A stretch of 64,000 nucleotides of DNA from Octopus bimaculoides (lineage: Eukaryota): contig NC_068982.1 in assembly GCF_001194135.2 (NCBI RefSeq), positions 5,343,858 to 5,407,857 of the forward strand, read 5' to 3'. The notes under the pieces are model-generated. The model was given only the letters and a program-made list of their open reading frames with translations, was not told the origin of the DNA and did not search any database. Below are positions 61,227 to 64,000 of the stretch, in pieces. The translations under genes were made by a program, and so were the position numbers. Within the stretch, counting starts at the first letter, position 1, and each line of letters opens with the position of its first letter.

Positions 61227-61829
61227 CTACAAGAAAAAAAAAATACATATATATATATATATATATACATGCAAATACATACACAAATATATATGCGGAC
61301 TCATACAAATTAATACATATATACAAATTTTTCTCACACACACAGAGAAATGAGAAGAGTTCTATAGCAAGACCAGACAAACATCATATTTTCTACTCCC
61401 CTTCCAATACTGGTATAAGGTTGAAGGGTCATGATAGTACATTAACTCCCTGAAATTACCTCCGCCTCCTCAACAAGTCAGAGATTATGTTAGACCTTGT
61501 TTATTAAATTTTTAGCATAGATTCTTTAGCTGGACGCTCTTCCTATTGTCAACCACTTTTGAGAGTCTTTTCCAATTGCATCAAGCTGACCAAAGCCTTA
61601 TAAAGGAAACTGAATGAACAGAAACTGTATGGAAGCCCAGATGAATTGTAGTAGTAATTCAATAGTTGAGCATCGTCACACACTGCCTGACTGAGAATTA
61701 AGTTAATGGTAAAAAAAATTCTGTGGAATTCTCAGCCACTTACATGATAATTCAAAGAATAAGAAGTTCAGTTGATTGAACAACAGAAAAGCCATGGTTG
61801 AAAGTTTCAACTGGGATCCATTTTAATAT

Positions 61830-62935
61830 TGGTTTCAAATTCTGGCACAAGGCCAGCAATTTCAGGGGAGGGGTAAAGTCGATTATATTGACCCCAGTAT
61901 TTCACTGGTTCTTAATTTATTGACCCCGAAAGGATGAAAGGCAAAGTCAACCTTAGCACCATTTAAACTCAGAATGCGCAGCCAAAGGAAATGCCACTAA
62001 GCATTTGGTTTTTTTCTCTTTTTCCAGGGTGGTAAAGATTCTGCTAGCTCGCCACTTTGGGGTCAGTTTTAACATTAAGGGTAGTGAAGGCAGCAAGCTT
62101 CTTTTGCCCATGCTGGGCAACATGCTCAGCAGCATTTTCTCCGACTTTACATTCTGGGTTCAAATGCTACCAAGGTCAACTGTCTTTCATCCTTTCGGGG
62201 TCAATGAAATAAATCCCAGTTGAATCTTGGGGTCGATCTAATAGACTTACCCCCTTCCCCAAAATTGCTGGTGTTTTGCCAAAACTTGAAACCAATATTA
62301 AGGGTGGTGAAGACGGCAGGCTGGCAGGATTGCTAGCATTCTGGGCAAAATGTTTGGTGGCACTTCATCGATTTCAAGGTCAAATAAGTATGAGTTGAGC
62401 ACTGGGGCTAATGCAATCAACTGGCCCCTCCCCAAACACTGAAGGTCTCATGCCAAAATTTGAAATCAATATTAATGATAGGTGGTGAGCTGGCAGAATT
62501 GTTAGCACACCGGGGCGAAATGCTCAGAGGTATTTTGTCTGTCTTTACGTTCTGAGTTCAAATTCCGCCGAGGTTGACTTTGCCTTTCATCCTTTCGGGG
62601 TCGATAAATTAAGTACCAGTTGTGTACTGAGGTTGATCTAATCAACTGGCCCCCCTCCACCAAAATTTTGGGCCCTGTGCCTAGAATAGAAAAGAATATT
62701 TGTTATCCTAAAGGTGGTGAGCTGGCAGAAATGTTAGCATGCCGGGCAAAATGCTTAGTGGTATTTCATCTGTCTTTACGTTCTGAGTTCAAATTCCACT
62801 GAAGTCAACTTTGCCTTTAACCCTTTCAGGGTCGATTAAATAAGTACCAGTTATGCACTGGGGTCAATGTAAATCAACTTAATCCTTTTGTCTGTCCCCT
62901 CTGTGTTTAGCCCCTGTGGGCAATAAAGAAATAAG
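61830..62935. mobile_element. Cluster of ~5 SINE family B copies, including a head-to-tail pair at 62480-62935
   Basis: Head GGTGGTGAGCTGGCAGAA...GAGTTCAAATTCC, core GACTTTGCCTTTCATCCTTTCGGGGTCGATAAATTAAGTACCAG. Confidence 0.85.
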
Positions 62936-63049
62936 TATTAAGGATAGTGAAAGACAAGATCAACAGAGTGACAAACAAAATTCTTTGTGGTAATTATTTA
63001 CCGATCTTATGTTCTCTGTCCAAATGCTGCTAATGTTAACTTTACCATA

Positions 63050-63149
63050 TCACTACTTGGAACCTAAGGCAAGTGACTTCTACTGGTCTTGGACCAACCA
63101 AAAAGCCTTTTGAGTAGTTTTGGTAAACAGAAACTGAAAGAAACCCTTC

Positions 63150-63186
<37 letters not shown>

Positions 63187-63375
63187 AACCCCACCATATT
63201 TGACAACCTGTGTTCGTGTGTTTATGTCCCTGTCACTTAGCAGTTTGGCAAAATTCACCAATAGAATAAGTACCAGGCTTAAAAAAAAGTACTGGGGGCA
63301 ATTCATTCAACCAAAAGTTCTACAAGGTGGTGCCCCAGCATGGCCACCATCTGATGAATGAAACAAGTAAAAGAT
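63050..63375 (+). mobile_element. SINE family A, 5'-degenerate
   Basis: AAACTGAAAGAAACCC-(TG)n-...GGTGCCCCAGCATGGCC...GAAACAAGTAAAAGA. Confidence 0.75.
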
Positions 63376-64000
63376 AATCAATAAAAAGAGTCCTAACGAA
63401 GCACTGAGGTCAATTTAATCAACCGTTTCCTCCCATCAAACCTTTTACTGTGATACCAGCACCAGCACCAGAGGGGTTGTCTTAATTCAGGCAAGTCAAA
63501 AGCTTCAGCATCATGTTATGCGTTCATTCCCAGCCACCAAAGAGGTTGTCTTATCCCCACATTGTCTCAAAAGTTCATTCCTTTCTTCTTAACACAGCCG
63601 GGTGGAAAGACAACCAGAGTAAAAAGGAGACAGAAGAAAGGGGTGAGAGAAGAAAAGGTGACAGATGGGAGAGTAATGAAGGGGTACCAGAGCAAGAGAA
63701 TAACAGAAGACAGAGATGCAGTTCATTGTTGTGGACGGCTGAGACATTGTATAGATGAACAATGATTTGTTGGTGTCTTGTCAAATCTGAAATCCACTCC
63801 TTGTACTCCAAGAGTACAAAGAGGAGCTTCTGATCTCCAGGGAACTCAGTTATGCTGTGGAGCAACCTCTTACACTTCTGAACATGTCTCAACCAAGTCA
63901 GCTCGAGTTTAGTGCAACAAAATGTCTATGAACAGCTGGAAGCCTACCACGGGTTCAGAAACCAAAGCCAGGCTACATTAATTAACAGAAGAATCAACTT

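Noticed and set aside
63400-64000. Possible LINE remnant or further CLC exon
   Set aside because: No CLC motif and no convincing RT or endonuclease motif in any frame

Overview
AT-rich, repeat-dense animal genomic DNA with six assembly gaps. The RTE, SINE and microsatellite content suggests a coleoid cephalopod (Octopus-like); this is inference. The only gene I can fully support is the 3' part of a minus-strand CLC-7-like H+/Cl- exchanger. It has 11 GT-AG exons (61226 down to 30023, 1059 nt, 352 aa plus stop) that join in frame and cover helices M-R and both CBS domains; its 5' exons lie beyond the right edge. The rest is mostly transposable elements: RTE, R4/Dong-like and Tx1-like LINE fragments, about 20 RTE 3' tails, at least three tRNA-derived SINE families, mariner, piggyBac, hAT and Tigger-like MITEs, a Helentron-type HINE, and a 5 kb mixed-orientation satellite. 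The standout is a ~370-450 bp palindromic element present four times (5087-5534, 39104-39476, 43244-43684, 49691-50115). Each copy is bounded by a 12-13 bp target-site duplication. It is built from a tRNA-like Pol III head, an (AAT)n spacer and arms carrying a Penelope-type minimal hammerhead ribozyme motif (one arm has an intact core with a GUC site). Three copies sit in CLC-7 introns. A weak, unidentified plus-strand exon cluster near 12.8-13.9 kb is also noted. Repeat boundaries are approximate unless a TSD or TIR is quoted.
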